From: a virus
Virus record (IMG/VR): IMGVR_UViG_3300037851_000500
Coordinates: 1-64,000 of that record
Direction: 5' to 3' (one strand)
Length of the DNA stretch: 64,000 nt
The notes under the pieces were generated by a model that saw nothing but the letters and a program-made list of their open reading frames with translations, ran no database searches and had not been told where the DNA came from. A program made the translations under genes and the position numbers. Numbering within the stretch: position 1 is the first letter of the stretch; each line of letters opens with the position of its first letter. Positions 17,294 through 27,379 of this stretch are shown here, piece after piece.

Positions 17294-17818
17294 ATGTCTG
17301 GGTTTATTCCACATGCTATTGAACGATTTTTTGAAAGAACTGATCTGGAAGTTACCCGAAATCAAATTATTAAAGCAATTGAAAACGGAAACATAGTTTA
17401 TGCCAAACGTCTTACAGCCAGTAAATCTCTTGCTTATGCTTTAGTCGGGGAAAACGTAATTAAACTCATTGTTTCAAAAAATACTAAAAAGGTTATGAGT
17501 ATTATTCCCTGGAAATCAGTTTTTAAATACACTGTTACAACTAATATTCACGAAGATATTTATAAAATAATTGTTTTTCCAGATTGTTATATGGAAACTG
17601 GATGCCCCCATGCACTTACAAAAATATATAAAATTCATAGTGATGGGGCAAAGGAACCCATTCCCTATAATCATCCAAATTTTAATAGTTTATTTAATGG
17701 GGCCTGGGAAATTGTTAAAAATGTTGAAAAGCATAAAATTATTGTAAAGGAGAGAAATTCTGGAAATGAAAAGATTAAAACTGAAATGTATAGAATCAGA
17801 GGAGAAGCCACAGCTTAA
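17294..17818 (+). CDS. Hypothetical protein, N-terminus resembling DUF4258/RelE-like fold
   Basis: PHAIERFFER...IIKAIENG pattern. Confidence 0.4.
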   Translation: MSGFIPHAIERFFERTDLEVTRNQIIKAIENGNIVYAKRLTASKSLAYALVGENVIKLIVSKNTKKVMSIIPWKSVFKYTVTTNIHEDIYKIIVFPDCYMETGCPHALTKIYKIHSDGAKEPIPYNHPNFNSLFNGAWEIVKNVEKHKIIVKERNSGNEKIKTEMYRIRGEATA

Positions 17819-18122
17819 AGAAGACTATTTTAAAAAATTTGATATAGAGTTAAAAAAGTATTGTTTATTACCTAAAAATAAAAATGTATTACCTTATAAA
17901 TGGTATCACACTAAAGAACAATGGCCTCCAGATATTAATGAAGAAATTTTAGTTTTTGAAGATGGTAATTTTAAAATTGAAAGATCCTTTGTTGCTTTAC
18001 AAAATCTTATATATAGACTTAAAGTTATAAACATAGATATGTTTACTGATTACTATTGGATGAGAATAAAAACACCATCAGGAAATCCCCAATATGAAGA
18101 TAACCGACTTAGCATTAAATAA
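17766..18122 (+). CDS. Hypothetical protein (DUF551-like segment)
   Basis: AAGGAG RBS; WYHTKEQWPP..EEILVF...YWM. Confidence 0.5.
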   Translation: MKRLKLKCIESEEKPQLKEDYFKKFDIELKKYCLLPKNKNVLPYKWYHTKEQWPPDINEEILVFEDGNFKIERSFVALQNLIYRLKVINIDMFTDYYWMRIKTPSGNPQYEDNRLSIK

Positions 18123-19152
18123 TTTTCAAATACACAAGGAGCTAATACTCTCTTTTTCTGGGGGTATAAATGTTTTAGTGGGAGAATCCGATGTTGGAAA
18201 ATCTGCTATAATACGAGCATTAAATTTACTTGTTAACAATCAGCCAAAAGGGGGAATACAGCTTTTTCAAAATGACTCAACAGATAAACCATTAAAAATA
18301 GAATTATTAGATGATAATAGCAATTATATTACACGCGAAGGTAATACATATACGATAAATAATAAAGAAATAACAACTTTTGGTAATACTGTTCCAGAAC
18401 AAATTCAAGAAATTTTACCATTTAAAGATATTAATTTTCAATTTCAATTAGATTCACATTTTCTTGTTTTAGAAACAGGGGGGAAAGCAGCGGAAATTAT
18501 AAATCAAGCTACAGGACTTGAAGATCAAGAATTAATAGTAGATATAATCAAAGAACAAATATCCGATAGTAAAAAAACATTAAAAGGGCATATAAAGGAC
18601 AAAGAAGCAACAATTAATAAAATTGAACAATTAAAATCAGTTCCACATTTTTTAATGAAGTCTACAGCCATTTTAAACCTTGAAACAGAATATAAAAATA
18701 TAGTAACTACTATCGAATTAATAGAAAATAATGCGTCTGATCTTTTAGAAATAGAAAAAGTATTAAAGAAATATTCTAACTTGGATGATTACAAAATAAA
18801 TTTGGAAAAAATTTGTGAAGATGAAATTGAACTAAAAAAAACATTATCAAATATAAATGAATTAAAAAAATCCTCAGAAAAACTACAGTTTATAAAAAAC
18901 AAAGTAGGCTCCTATGCATCTGCTTCAAAATATATAAAACCCATCACTGAAATTCTCTCTGTTAATAAAGATCTTTTAGAAATAGATTCTGGAATAATGA
19001 GCATAAAAAAATCACTTGAAAAGCTGATCCATTTAGATCAGCAGATAATGCATAAAGAAATGGTTATAGATGAACTTCGTTCAAAATTAGATGACACCCT
19101 AATATCACTTGGAAAATGCCCATTATGTGGCTCTATTATAAAAGGAAAATAA
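18094..19152 (+). CDS. sbcC: Rad50/SbcC N-terminal half
   Basis: LNNFQIH, Walker A GESDVGKS, Q-loop FQFQLD, coiled coil, terminal Zn-hook CPLCG. Confidence 0.85.
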   Translation: MKITDLALNNFQIHKELILSFSGGINVLVGESDVGKSAIIRALNLLVNNQPKGGIQLFQNDSTDKPLKIELLDDNSNYITREGNTYTINNKEITTFGNTVPEQIQEILPFKDINFQFQLDSHFLVLETGGKAAEIINQATGLEDQELIVDIIKEQISDSKKTLKGHIKDKEATINKIEQLKSVPHFLMKSTAILNLETEYKNIVTTIELIENNASDLLEIEKVLKKYSNLDDYKINLEKICEDEIELKKTLSNINELKKSSEKLQFIKNKVGSYASASKYIKPITEILSVNKDLLEIDSGIMSIKKSLEKLIHLDQQIMHKEMVIDELRSKLDDTLISLGKCPLCGSIIKGK

Positions 19153-19153
19153 T

Positions 19154-20125
19154 ATGGATGTTTTAATAATTGGGGATATTCATTTATCTGGTAAAAATCC
19201 ACCTAATAGGATAGATGATGTAACAGAAATTCAATTTAATAAAATTGAAGAAATTGTAAACATAGCAAATACAACCGATACACCCATCATTTGTACCGGG
19301 GATATTTTTCATACCCCCATTGTTTCAAACCAAATACTTTCCAAATTTGGTAAATTAATAAACAAATTAAAAAGGGAATTCTATTTCGTATTTGGAAACC
19401 ACGATCTTCAATACCATGATATAATTAGAGTAGATAGAACATCCATTGGAGTAATACGATCTAATAATTATAAAATTAGACATATATCAGAATTTCACAA
19501 GTTTTATGGAAGTCGAATGAGGTGGGCTTATATTGATTACGGTGCGGCATTTACCAATAATTATTTAAATACTGAATTTAATAAAGCAAATTTTCTACTG
19601 TCTCATAAAGCAATAGTTAATGACAATTTAATTAATACGGAATCATGGATAGCTAATGATGTTAATTTTTGTCAATCTGTTTCTAATTTTGAAGGAATGT
19701 TTAAACTTATAATATGCGGCCATTGGCATAAACCATATATATATAGATATAAAAATTCATTGATAATCAATCCTGGTCCCGTTATTCGCAGACAAATTAC
19801 AGAAAAAGAAATTCCAAGAATAATTTACATTGATTTAGAAACTTTAAAATATGATGAAATACACTTATCTACAGCCCCACCAACCGAATTAGTTTTAAGA
19901 GAAGAATCAATTGATAAAGAATTAAGACCTGTTGAAGATAGAATAATCCATTTTATTAATAACATTAAGCATAAAAAGGGTTTTGCACAAAAACTTAAAT
20001 TCAAAGATGCTTTAAATGTACTTATTAATGATGCAGGTACAGACAAAAAAGTAGTTAATAAATTAAAAGAAATAATGTCAATTCTTTCTGAAAGAAAGGG
20101 TGAAGAATTAAATGTTGACAATTAA
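19154..20125 (+). CDS. sbcD: Mre11/SbcD metallophosphoesterase nuclease
   Basis: GDIH, GDIFH, GNHD, LSH, GHWH, NPG. Confidence 0.9.
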   Translation: MDVLIIGDIHLSGKNPPNRIDDVTEIQFNKIEEIVNIANTTDTPIICTGDIFHTPIVSNQILSKFGKLINKLKREFYFVFGNHDLQYHDIIRVDRTSIGVIRSNNYKIRHISEFHKFYGSRMRWAYIDYGAAFTNNYLNTEFNKANFLLSHKAIVNDNLINTESWIANDVNFCQSVSNFEGMFKLIICGHWHKPYIYRYKNSLIINPGPVIRRQITEKEIPRIIYIDLETLKYDEIHLSTAPPTELVLREESIDKELRPVEDRIIHFINNIKHKKGFAQKLKFKDALNVLINDAGTDKKVVNKLKEIMSILSERKGEELNVDN

Positions 20126-20360
20126 TGATCTTGAACAAATAAAAAATGAATTAGAAGCCCATACTAAAAGAAGAATACAATTAGAAACAGAGGAAAAATT
20201 AATAAAAAAAGATATGAAAGAAAAATTTGGTATAGATACAGTTGATGATGCTGGTGTTCTTATAGAGGAATTACAAGTTGAAGCAGGTAAAATAAAAAAT
20301 ACTATTGAAACAAAAAAAGAAAAACTAATTGAATCCATGAAAAAAGACGGTTTATTATGA
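20112..20360 (+). CDS. Small coiled-coil protein, probable third piece of the Rad50-like complex
   Basis: 82-aa heptad-rich ORF overlapping both neighbours. Confidence 0.6.
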   Translation: MLTINDLEQIKNELEAHTKRRIQLETEEKLIKKDMKEKFGIDTVDDAGVLIEELQVEAGKIKNTIETKKEKLIESMKKDGLL

Positions 20361-20968
20361 ACACACAAAACATACATAACCTTTTAATACAAAAACAAAG
20401 TCAGTTAGAGTGGGAACAAAATTCTTATAAAGAAACATTAAGTTTAATACAGCAAGAAAAAGATGAAATAGAGTTATTAGAAAAATGTAAATCATTGGTT
20501 ATGGAATTAGGTAAATCTACCCAGAAACAAATCAAACAATATATAGATGATACCGTCACTCTGGCTCTGCAACCTGTCTATGGACATTTATACAAATTCG
20601 TTGTAAAATTTGAGTATAACAAACGTGGTCGATCTGAGGTTTATTTTTTTATTGACAAGGGGGGTAAGTTATTAGAATTACGGAAAAATACCACTGGGGG
20701 AGGGGTGGTTGACCTTTGTGCTTTTTCATTAAGAATGATCCTTTGGACCTTAGATGACTCAAAAAAAGCGCCACCAATTATGATTATGGATGAACCTTTT
20801 AAAAATGTTTCCTGGAAATTTTTACCAGATGTTACTAAAGTTGTTAAAAAAATATCTGAACTTTTAGAAATTCAATTTATAATTGCTACACATAAACACA
20901 ATAAAGCAATTATAGAAACGGCTGATACAGCATATTATATTGGTGGAGAACCGGATGATGAATATTAG
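20357..20968 (+). CDS. sbcC: Rad50/SbcC C-terminal half
   Basis: Short coiled coil, signature-like TGGGVVD, Walker B IMDEPF, H-loop IATH. Confidence 0.85.
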   Translation: MNTQNIHNLLIQKQSQLEWEQNSYKETLSLIQQEKDEIELLEKCKSLVMELGKSTQKQIKQYIDDTVTLALQPVYGHLYKFVVKFEYNKRGRSEVYFFIDKGGKLLELRKNTTGGGVVDLCAFSLRMILWTLDDSKKAPPIMIMDEPFKNVSWKFLPDVTKVVKKISELLEIQFIIATHKHNKAIIETADTAYYIGGEPDDEY

Positions 20969-21506
20969 AAAAATAATGTATATGACTAAAGATGAAGTTC
21001 TCAGCATACCAGAAAAAGATTTACCCCTTGCTGTTTTAAGCTCCTCTGCTGCAAATATCTTTGCATTTGGAATAATCAATATTAGAAAATCAATTTATAA
21101 TCATTTTATGTGGATGCATAAACCTGGATTTTTTGCATCTCAAGATCTGTTTTATTCTGAAGTTCCAGCAGAAAAATATTTAAAATTTGATAACAGATTA
21201 AAATTTTGGTATAACCCAAATTGGGAAATATATGAAAAAGAAGCTATTAAACATGAAATACAAAGATGGTTAAATAAACCAAAATTCAGTACAAGGTATG
21301 ATTGGATGGCAATATTAGGACAAGCATTAAATTTAGTTTGGATTCAAAATCCTATAACAAGAATATGTTCAGATTATGGATCTATTTTAAGAGAAAGTGG
21401 TGTAGACCCCGAATATAATTTAAAGAACCCCGCCCCAGATCAAGTAGATAATTGGTTTAGTAAAAATATAAAATATAATATTTACGGAAGATACGCAGGA
21501 GAATAA
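20955..21506 (+). CDS. Permuted papain-like (YiiX/NlpC-P60) peptidase/amidase
   Basis: His before Cys: YNHF...YDWMAILG...ICSDY...P; likely ATG 20955. Confidence 0.6.
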   Translation: MMNIRKIMYMTKDEVLSIPEKDLPLAVLSSSAANIFAFGIINIRKSIYNHFMWMHKPGFFASQDLFYSEVPAEKYLKFDNRLKFWYNPNWEIYEKEAIKHEIQRWLNKPKFSTRYDWMAILGQALNLVWIQNPITRICSDYGSILRESGVDPEYNLKNPAPDQVDNWFSKNIKYNIYGRYAGE

Positions 21507-21597
21507 AAATGGACACGCTAATTCTATATTCCTGGATTACTATGCTGTTTATCTTGTTACTCCCACTATTTATAACACTTACAGGAGGAATTTTGAA

Positions 21598-22116
21598 ATG
21601 CAATGTCCAGTACATGGAACGACAATCTCACCAGACATATGCATTAAAAGACAGGAGATTGCAAAGAGGGGGTATCTAACTAAAAAAACTGTAACTAAAG
21701 AAAAAGAAGAAAAAATATTTCAATCAGAATTACCTGATTCTTTTAACTTTTGTTGTAATTGTACCACTGGTAAAATGGTAAGATTATTTCCTGGTAGGTA
21801 TATAAAAAAAGATTGTCTGTTGTTAATAAAAGAACAAACAAAAATATTAAAAGAAAGGGGGTATGTTTTCAAACAAGATTCTGATTTATTAAGTTTAATA
21901 ATAGCTGCACACAATGAAGGTTTAAACCCAGAGGAAAGAACAGTTTTAATAGATTACATTGCAGAAGTATCAAAAAAAATGGTAATGGAGAGGAGGATCA
22001 ATGGAAAAACGATCAGGGTGTTATCAACTACAGGGTGCAGAATTGCTAGATACCTTAGAAAACAAAGGGGTGCGAAACGAAATAAACAGAACAATTCTTC
22101 ATCCATTGGGGCTTGA
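21598..22116 (+). CDS. Cys-rich hypothetical protein
   Basis: AGGAGG RBS; CPVH..C..CCNC. Confidence 0.6.
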   Translation: MQCPVHGTTISPDICIKRQEIAKRGYLTKKTVTKEKEEKIFQSELPDSFNFCCNCTTGKMVRLFPGRYIKKDCLLLIKEQTKILKERGYVFKQDSDLLSLIIAAHNEGLNPEERTVLIDYIAEVSKKMVMERRINGKTIRVLSTTGCRIARYLRKQRGAKRNKQNNSSSIGA

Positions 22117-22615
22117 ATTAGATTATGGTGAAGGTGAATTAATTTTAATGTCTACAGATGCCCCTCAAGGAATACTTACAGAAAGAATTGATAATTTTAA
22201 AAGAAAAGCCTTTCTCCAATTTTCTGGAAAACAGCACCAAAGAAGACTTGAACATTGTGGTTTTATAATTCAAACTAAACCTATATTTAATGCAGATAAA
22301 ATAGATGGTCCTATTGCAGATCCAAGAACACAAAGATTGGGGGCTATTATTGGTCTATTGGAACAGGTTTTTCATCTATGCAAAAGACGTTTAATGGAAA
22401 ACAGTTCAGAAAAAGATGAAGAATATTGGAAAAAGATAGAAGAATCAGAATTAATTAAAGGTATGTATAAATCAATTGAGAAAGGAGATTTTATAAATCT
22501 AATTAACTTTGCTGCTATTTTAATTTCTAAAGATAATCTTGATAAAGTTATTTCAAAATTAGAAATCACCTATCCTCCTGAAAAATTCAAAAAAGTAAAA
22601 AGGGATAACAGATGA
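22001..22615 (+). CDS. Hypothetical protein
   Basis: GGAGG RBS; EINRTILHPLGLEL motif; helical C-terminal domain. Confidence 0.6.
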   Translation: MEKRSGCYQLQGAELLDTLENKGVRNEINRTILHPLGLELDYGEGELILMSTDAPQGILTERIDNFKRKAFLQFSGKQHQRRLEHCGFIIQTKPIFNADKIDGPIADPRTQRLGAIIGLLEQVFHLCKRRLMENSSEKDEEYWKKIEESELIKGMYKSIEKGDFINLINFAAILISKDNLDKVISKLEITYPPEKFKKVKRDNR

Positions 22616-23100
22616 AATTAAAACTTCAGGTAAAAGGAATAAAAGCAAAATCACAAATAATAAAAAAGAGTGTAAAAAACGATAATTTTGAAGAAATGAG
22701 TCGTTTTTTATCTCCACTACCTGAAGATTTACCATTATTAAAAACACACTATCCTGGGGAATGGTTTCAAAGGATAGATAAACAATCTGTTGTTCAAAGA
22801 TGGAAAGATGATGCCGGAAATGAACAACACAATTTTATGTTTTACCCATCTACATCAATGATAGAAGAATTAAATCAGATGGAAATTGATTGGCGCGTAA
22901 GAGATAATTATTTTTTATTACTTTGGAAACGTTTACAAAAATTTGGAATAGCACGGTATAAAGATATTCCCTCCAATGTAACTGCATATGATTTTGAAAA
23001 ATATTTAAATAAAGAAAAACCAATAGTAAAATTTAATTTAAAAATAAAAAATGAATGTAAAACACATTGTACCCGACTTAAATTAAAGGTAAAAAAATGA
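22612..23100 (+). CDS. Hypothetical protein with KLKL-type motifs at both ends
   Basis: MKLKLQVK...RLKLKVKK*; ATGA overlaps on both sides. Confidence 0.6.
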   Translation: MKLKLQVKGIKAKSQIIKKSVKNDNFEEMSRFLSPLPEDLPLLKTHYPGEWFQRIDKQSVVQRWKDDAGNEQHNFMFYPSTSMIEELNQMEIDWRVRDNYFLLLWKRLQKFGIARYKDIPSNVTAYDFEKYLNKEKPIVKFNLKIKNECKTHCTRLKLKVKK

Positions 23101-23993
23101 GACATAAATTAATTCCATTAGAATTAACTCAAGCACCAGATTATCCAGCATTATTATTAGATGGTAAATATTTAGCTTATCGAACACAGTACAGTAAAAC
23201 TGGAAGTCTCAGCTATTCTGGTATTAAAACAGGATTGTACTATGGATTTTTTAACACAGTTCAACAACTAATGAATAAATTTTATCCTATATACCTCTGT
23301 ATTATGTGGGATTCTCCTGGGAAAAAATCTATTAGGAAAAAAGAATTTCCTGGGTATAAAAACAGGGATAATTGGGATAAGATGACTGAAGAACAAAAAA
23401 GAGATAAAATTGAATTTAATGATGCCTATGAAAATTTAATAGTTATTTGTGAAGAATTAGGATTTGCTTCTTATATCATGGATGGGTATGAAGCTGATGA
23501 TCTTTTTGCTTTGTGGATTAACAGATACCCATCTTATAAACCAATAATTATAATCACCCGCGATGAAGATATGTTTCAACTGCTTTCAGATAGTATTTCA
23601 ATTTATAATCCTGATGATAAAAAAATAAAAGATTTAAAATGGTTTAAAAAAGAATATAAAATAGACCCCAATGTATGGGCAAATGTAAAAGCAATGGGTG
23701 GGTGTAAATCAGATACAGTTCCAGGACTTCCAGGTGTAGGGGAAGAAACTGCTTTAAAATATTATCGTAATGAACATGTAAAAAAGAAAGGAATAGACTC
23801 AGAAGAAAATATTGCCTTAGTAAATAAATATTATAATTTAACTGTACTTCCACATCCAAATCTAAAAAATTTCCATTTACCTTTTAAATCAACCAAAGTA
23901 GATAAAGATAAATTCTTTTCTTTTTGCCAGGAAATGGGATTCAGATCTTTTATAGATGATCTGGATAAATTTGAACCATTATTTGATCTATAG
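23097..23993 (+). CDS. 5'-3' exonuclease / flap endonuclease (T4 RNase H/T5 D15-like)
   Basis: LLDG, WDS, RK..FPGYK.NR, YEADD, RDEDMFQL, GCKSDTVPGLPGVGEETA. Confidence 0.92.
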   Translation: MRHKLIPLELTQAPDYPALLLDGKYLAYRTQYSKTGSLSYSGIKTGLYYGFFNTVQQLMNKFYPIYLCIMWDSPGKKSIRKKEFPGYKNRDNWDKMTEEQKRDKIEFNDAYENLIVICEELGFASYIMDGYEADDLFALWINRYPSYKPIIIITRDEDMFQLLSDSISIYNPDDKKIKDLKWFKKEYKIDPNVWANVKAMGGCKSDTVPGLPGVGEETALKYYRNEHVKKKGIDSEENIALVNKYYNLTVLPHPNLKNFHLPFKSTKVDKDKFFSFCQEMGFRSFIDDLDKFEPLFDL

Positions 23994-24003
23994 GAGGAAA
24001 TCA

Positions 24004-24723
24004 ATGACAGAAAAAATCAATTTTAAACAAGCAATGGAAGAAGATCCAATGTTTTATTTTAAGTATGCTCATAGTAGGGGGGTAGATTATAATTTTTATG
24101 GTGATTGGCAAAAGCAATATGCAAAAATGATTATAAATATTTGTGAAATTGTTAGACGTACAGAAAAAGCAAAGCCAGTACTATTAGATGTGGGATGCGC
24201 TTGTGGTGTAAACACAAGGGCATTTAAAGAAATTGGTCTTTTTAAATTATGTATGGGTTGTGATCTTTCAAAATTTATGATTGATCTTGGTAAAAAAACT
24301 CATGGATTTTCAGATGAGGAATTGTTTGTTGCTTCAGCACAACAGTTAAATGGAGTAAAAACAAAATCAGTTGATTTTATTCATTGCACCAGTGTCCTTG
24401 AACACTGTACTGATGGAGAAATTCATAGAACACTAGGAGAATTCAATCGTGTTCTTACAGATGAAGGAATTATTTTTATAAACGTACCTGCTTTAAAACC
24501 AGATCAAGATAAAGAAACAGTAGAACGTATGGAATCGGATATTACGCATGTAACTATTAAACCTTATTCTTGGTGGGAAAAACTATTAGGAAAAAGATTT
24601 GAAATAGAACCTGGTATATACGAAATGTTTGAAAATGATAAACACTCACCAGATAATTCAGGTAAATCATTTTTTGACTATTACAATAAAGAGTGGACAT
24701 TTTTCCTGTTGAGCAGGGGGTAA
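24004..24723 (+). CDS. Class I SAM-dependent methyltransferase
   Basis: LLDVGCACG, GCDLS, SVDFIHCTSVLEH, RVLTDEG; GGAGG RBS before ATG 24004. Confidence 0.8.
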   Translation: MTEKINFKQAMEEDPMFYFKYAHSRGVDYNFYGDWQKQYAKMIINICEIVRRTEKAKPVLLDVGCACGVNTRAFKEIGLFKLCMGCDLSKFMIDLGKKTHGFSDEELFVASAQQLNGVKTKSVDFIHCTSVLEHCTDGEIHRTLGEFNRVLTDEGIIFINVPALKPDQDKETVERMESDITHVTIKPYSWWEKLLGKRFEIEPGIYEMFENDKHSPDNSGKSFFDYYNKEWTFFLLSRG

Positions 24724-24727
24724 AATA

Positions 24728-27379
24728 ATGGATTTACAAGGAAGCGAACAAAAAATAGCTTTCCTTGAATTCAACAATCATTTTCAAAATCAAATTATTT
24801 ATCATGCCATATTCATAGACGAATTTTTATCTAAAATAAGAATGGTCGTTTCTCCTTCAATATTTAAAACGAAGGAGAAACGACTTTTCATTGAATGGAT
24901 CTATGAATATTACGATGAATTTAAAAAAGCCCCACAAGAAAACTTCTTTGACATATTCGATTTTCGTAAAGATTCATTATCAGAAGATGTTTATAATCGT
25001 TGCGTTGATCTTATAAATTTACTTTCTGATATAACTGGATCAAATTGGGAATATGTTCTTCAAAGAATTAAAGATGCAATTATGCATTATCAAATGGAAG
25101 AAGCCATTGTAGAATGTGCAACAAGGGTTAAAACTGGGGAATATGATCTTGTAAAAGGGATCATATTAAAAGCATTAAAAGAACCAGAAAATTTTAATCC
25201 AGCATACTATGACTTCTTCCAAGACTTTACCTGGATGCATACTCGCTCACAGGGCAATATTTATCGCATGATAAGTAATATCCCTGAACTGGATAAAATG
25301 ATTGGTGGGTTCAAAAGTAAATGGCTAATTACTTTATTAGGTGCTACTAAAGGAGGGAAGTGCATTAAATACGACTCTCCTATTGTGATGCACAATGGAG
25401 AAATTTTAACTATTGAAGAAGTATATAATCAAAAACGGAGGGATATATTTACATTAGAAGAATCTATAGGAAAAATAATTCCAAGAAATGTTATTAAACA
25501 CTTTAACAATGGGGTTAAACCTTGTTATCGTGTCACTACAAGGGCGGGTAGAACAGTTGAAACTACTTTAAACCACCCGTTTCTAACTATTAATGGATGG
25601 AAGGAATTATCACATTTAAAAATTGGTAACTTTATAGGAGTACCAATGTCTTTACCAGTTGAAGGTAAAGATAGTTGGGAAATCCATAAAATAAAACTGT
25701 TAGCATACCTAATAGCAGAGGGGGGATTAACAAAAGTAGGTCAAACATCATTTACAAATGTAGATAAGGAAATAGTAACAGACTTCAAACAATGTGTTTT
25801 AAAAATGGGGGATAAAATATCTCCATGTAAGCATGATCCAATAAGTTATTTGATTACAAACAATGGAAAAAAATCAAATATCAGAAAGTGGTTATCAGAA
25901 TTGGGACTAAATAGAAAAAAATCTAAAGACAAATTTATTCCCAAAGAAGTATTTACACTCAATAATAAATGTCTTAAAGAATTTTTATCTGTTTTATTTA
26001 CCTGTGATGGGTCTATTTTTAAATCCAAAGGAAAGAATGTTCAAGGAATTAGTTACAGTTCCACCAGCAAATTTTTAATAGATGGTGTATCCCATTTACT
26101 ATTACGATTTGGAATAGTTCATAGAAAAAGAACAAAAGAAGAAGGGTATTCATATGAAATAGAAATAAAAAGCACAGAAGAAGTTAATAAATTTATTCAG
26201 AGAATAGGTTTTAAATTTTCAAAAGAAAGAAAAAGTAATAATCAAAGTCAAACTAATAAACAGGGGTATATAAAATCATTTCCACCAGAATATTCTATTA
26301 GAGTAGATAATGAACTTCATCATTTCATAAAAACTTATGGAGAAAGAAGTAGGACATGGTGGAGTTTGCCCTGTTTAAAATCTCTAAGATCATCTTTAAA
26401 AAGAGGATCATGTCTTCAAAGAAACACCGTAAATACTATCGGGGAATTAATTCAAAGTGAACAATTAATAAAAGATGCAAATTCCGATATACTTTGGGAT
26501 AAAATAGTATCAATTGAGTATATAGGGGAACATCAAACTTATGATTTAACAATTCCCGGTTCACATAATTTTATCTCATCGGATATTATTGTTCACAATA
26601 CTTGGTGGCTTATTGAAATAGCAATACAAGCAGTTTTTCAGGGATTAAATGTTTTATTTGTATCTTTAGAAATGGGAAAAGAAATAATAGATGAGCGCTT
26701 TGATATGGCTATTTCTTTTGCCACAAGTAATACCAGCCCCAAAACAGAAATTATGAGACAAATTAATGGTAATTGGGTTTGTACTGAAGAAAATGTACCC
26801 AATATTTATGATTTAGATTACATAGCAAATGAAAGAAGAAAGTTTAAAAAGATTTCAGGTGGAAATTTAAAAGTAATGGCTTTTGATCGCGGAAGATTAA
26901 ACTATAGGGACATTGAAGTGATCTTAGATGAATTAGAGCAAAGGGAAGGTTGGATTTGTGATGTGCTTATTGTAGATTACTTAGGAATAATGAAAGAAAC
27001 AACACCGGGTCAAAATAAAAAAGAAAGAATATCTGAAAATTGTTTAGGATTAAAAGAAATGTGCAGTAAAAGAAATATAGTTTCGTTTTCAGCTATGCAG
27101 GGAAATAGAAAAGCAATGACGGCTGAAATTTTTCATTCTTATTTAGTTGCTGATGACATTGACACCATATTTAATTCAGATTTAGTTTTAGCTTTATGCC
27201 AAACAAAATTAGAAGAATCACAAAATAAATGTAGAATGTATATTGCTAATTTTAGACATGGTAAACAGCATGGAACAATAGGTATGATTAGAGATCTTTC
27301 AATAGGACAAGTTTGTGTTGGTACATATGAAATAAAAGAAATTAAAAATGAAGAAGGTGAAGCAGGAGAAGACTTCTAA
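24728..27379 (+). CDS. dnaB: DnaB-like replicative helicase containing an intein
   Basis: LDKMIGG, Walker A GATKGGK|T interrupted, SLEM, IVDYLG, AMQGNR, RHG. Confidence 0.88.
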   Translation: MDLQGSEQKIAFLEFNNHFQNQIIYHAIFIDEFLSKIRMVVSPSIFKTKEKRLFIEWIYEYYDEFKKAPQENFFDIFDFRKDSLSEDVYNRCVDLINLLSDITGSNWEYVLQRIKDAIMHYQMEEAIVECATRVKTGEYDLVKGIILKALKEPENFNPAYYDFFQDFTWMHTRSQGNIYRMISNIPELDKMIGGFKSKWLITLLGATKGGKCIKYDSPIVMHNGEILTIEEVYNQKRRDIFTLEESIGKIIPRNVIKHFNNGVKPCYRVTTRAGRTVETTLNHPFLTINGWKELSHLKIGNFIGVPMSLPVEGKDSWEIHKIKLLAYLIAEGGLTKVGQTSFTNVDKEIVTDFKQCVLKMGDKISPCKHDPISYLITNNGKKSNIRKWLSELGLNRKKSKDKFIPKEVFTLNNKCLKEFLSVLFTCDGSIFKSKGKNVQGISYSSTSKFLIDGVSHLLLRFGIVHRKRTKEEGYSYEIEIKSTEEVNKFIQRIGFKFSKERKSNNQSQTNKQGYIKSFPPEYSIRVDNELHHFIKTYGERSRTWWSLPCLKSLRSSLKRGSCLQRNTVNTIGELIQSEQLIKDANSDILWDKIVSIEYIGEHQTYDLTIPGSHNFISSDIIVHNTWWLIEIAIQAVFQGLNVLFVSLEMGKEIIDERFDMAISFATSNTSPKTEIMRQINGNWVCTEENVPNIYDLDYIANERRKFKKISGGNLKVMAFDRGRLNYRDIEVILDELEQREGWICDVLIVDYLGIMKETTPGQNKKERISENCLGLKEMCSKRNIVSFSAMQGNRKAMTAEIFHSYLVADDIDTIFNSDLVLALCQTKLEESQNKCRMYIANFRHGKQHGTIGMIRDLSIGQVCVGTYEIKEIKNEEGEAGEDF
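25361..26599 (+). mobile_element. Intein (413 aa) with LAGLIDADG endonuclease in the helicase P-loop
   Basis: Starts CIKYDSPI, block B TLNHPF, LAYLIAEG / LFTCDGS, ends IIVHN followed by +1 Thr. Confidence 0.92.
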
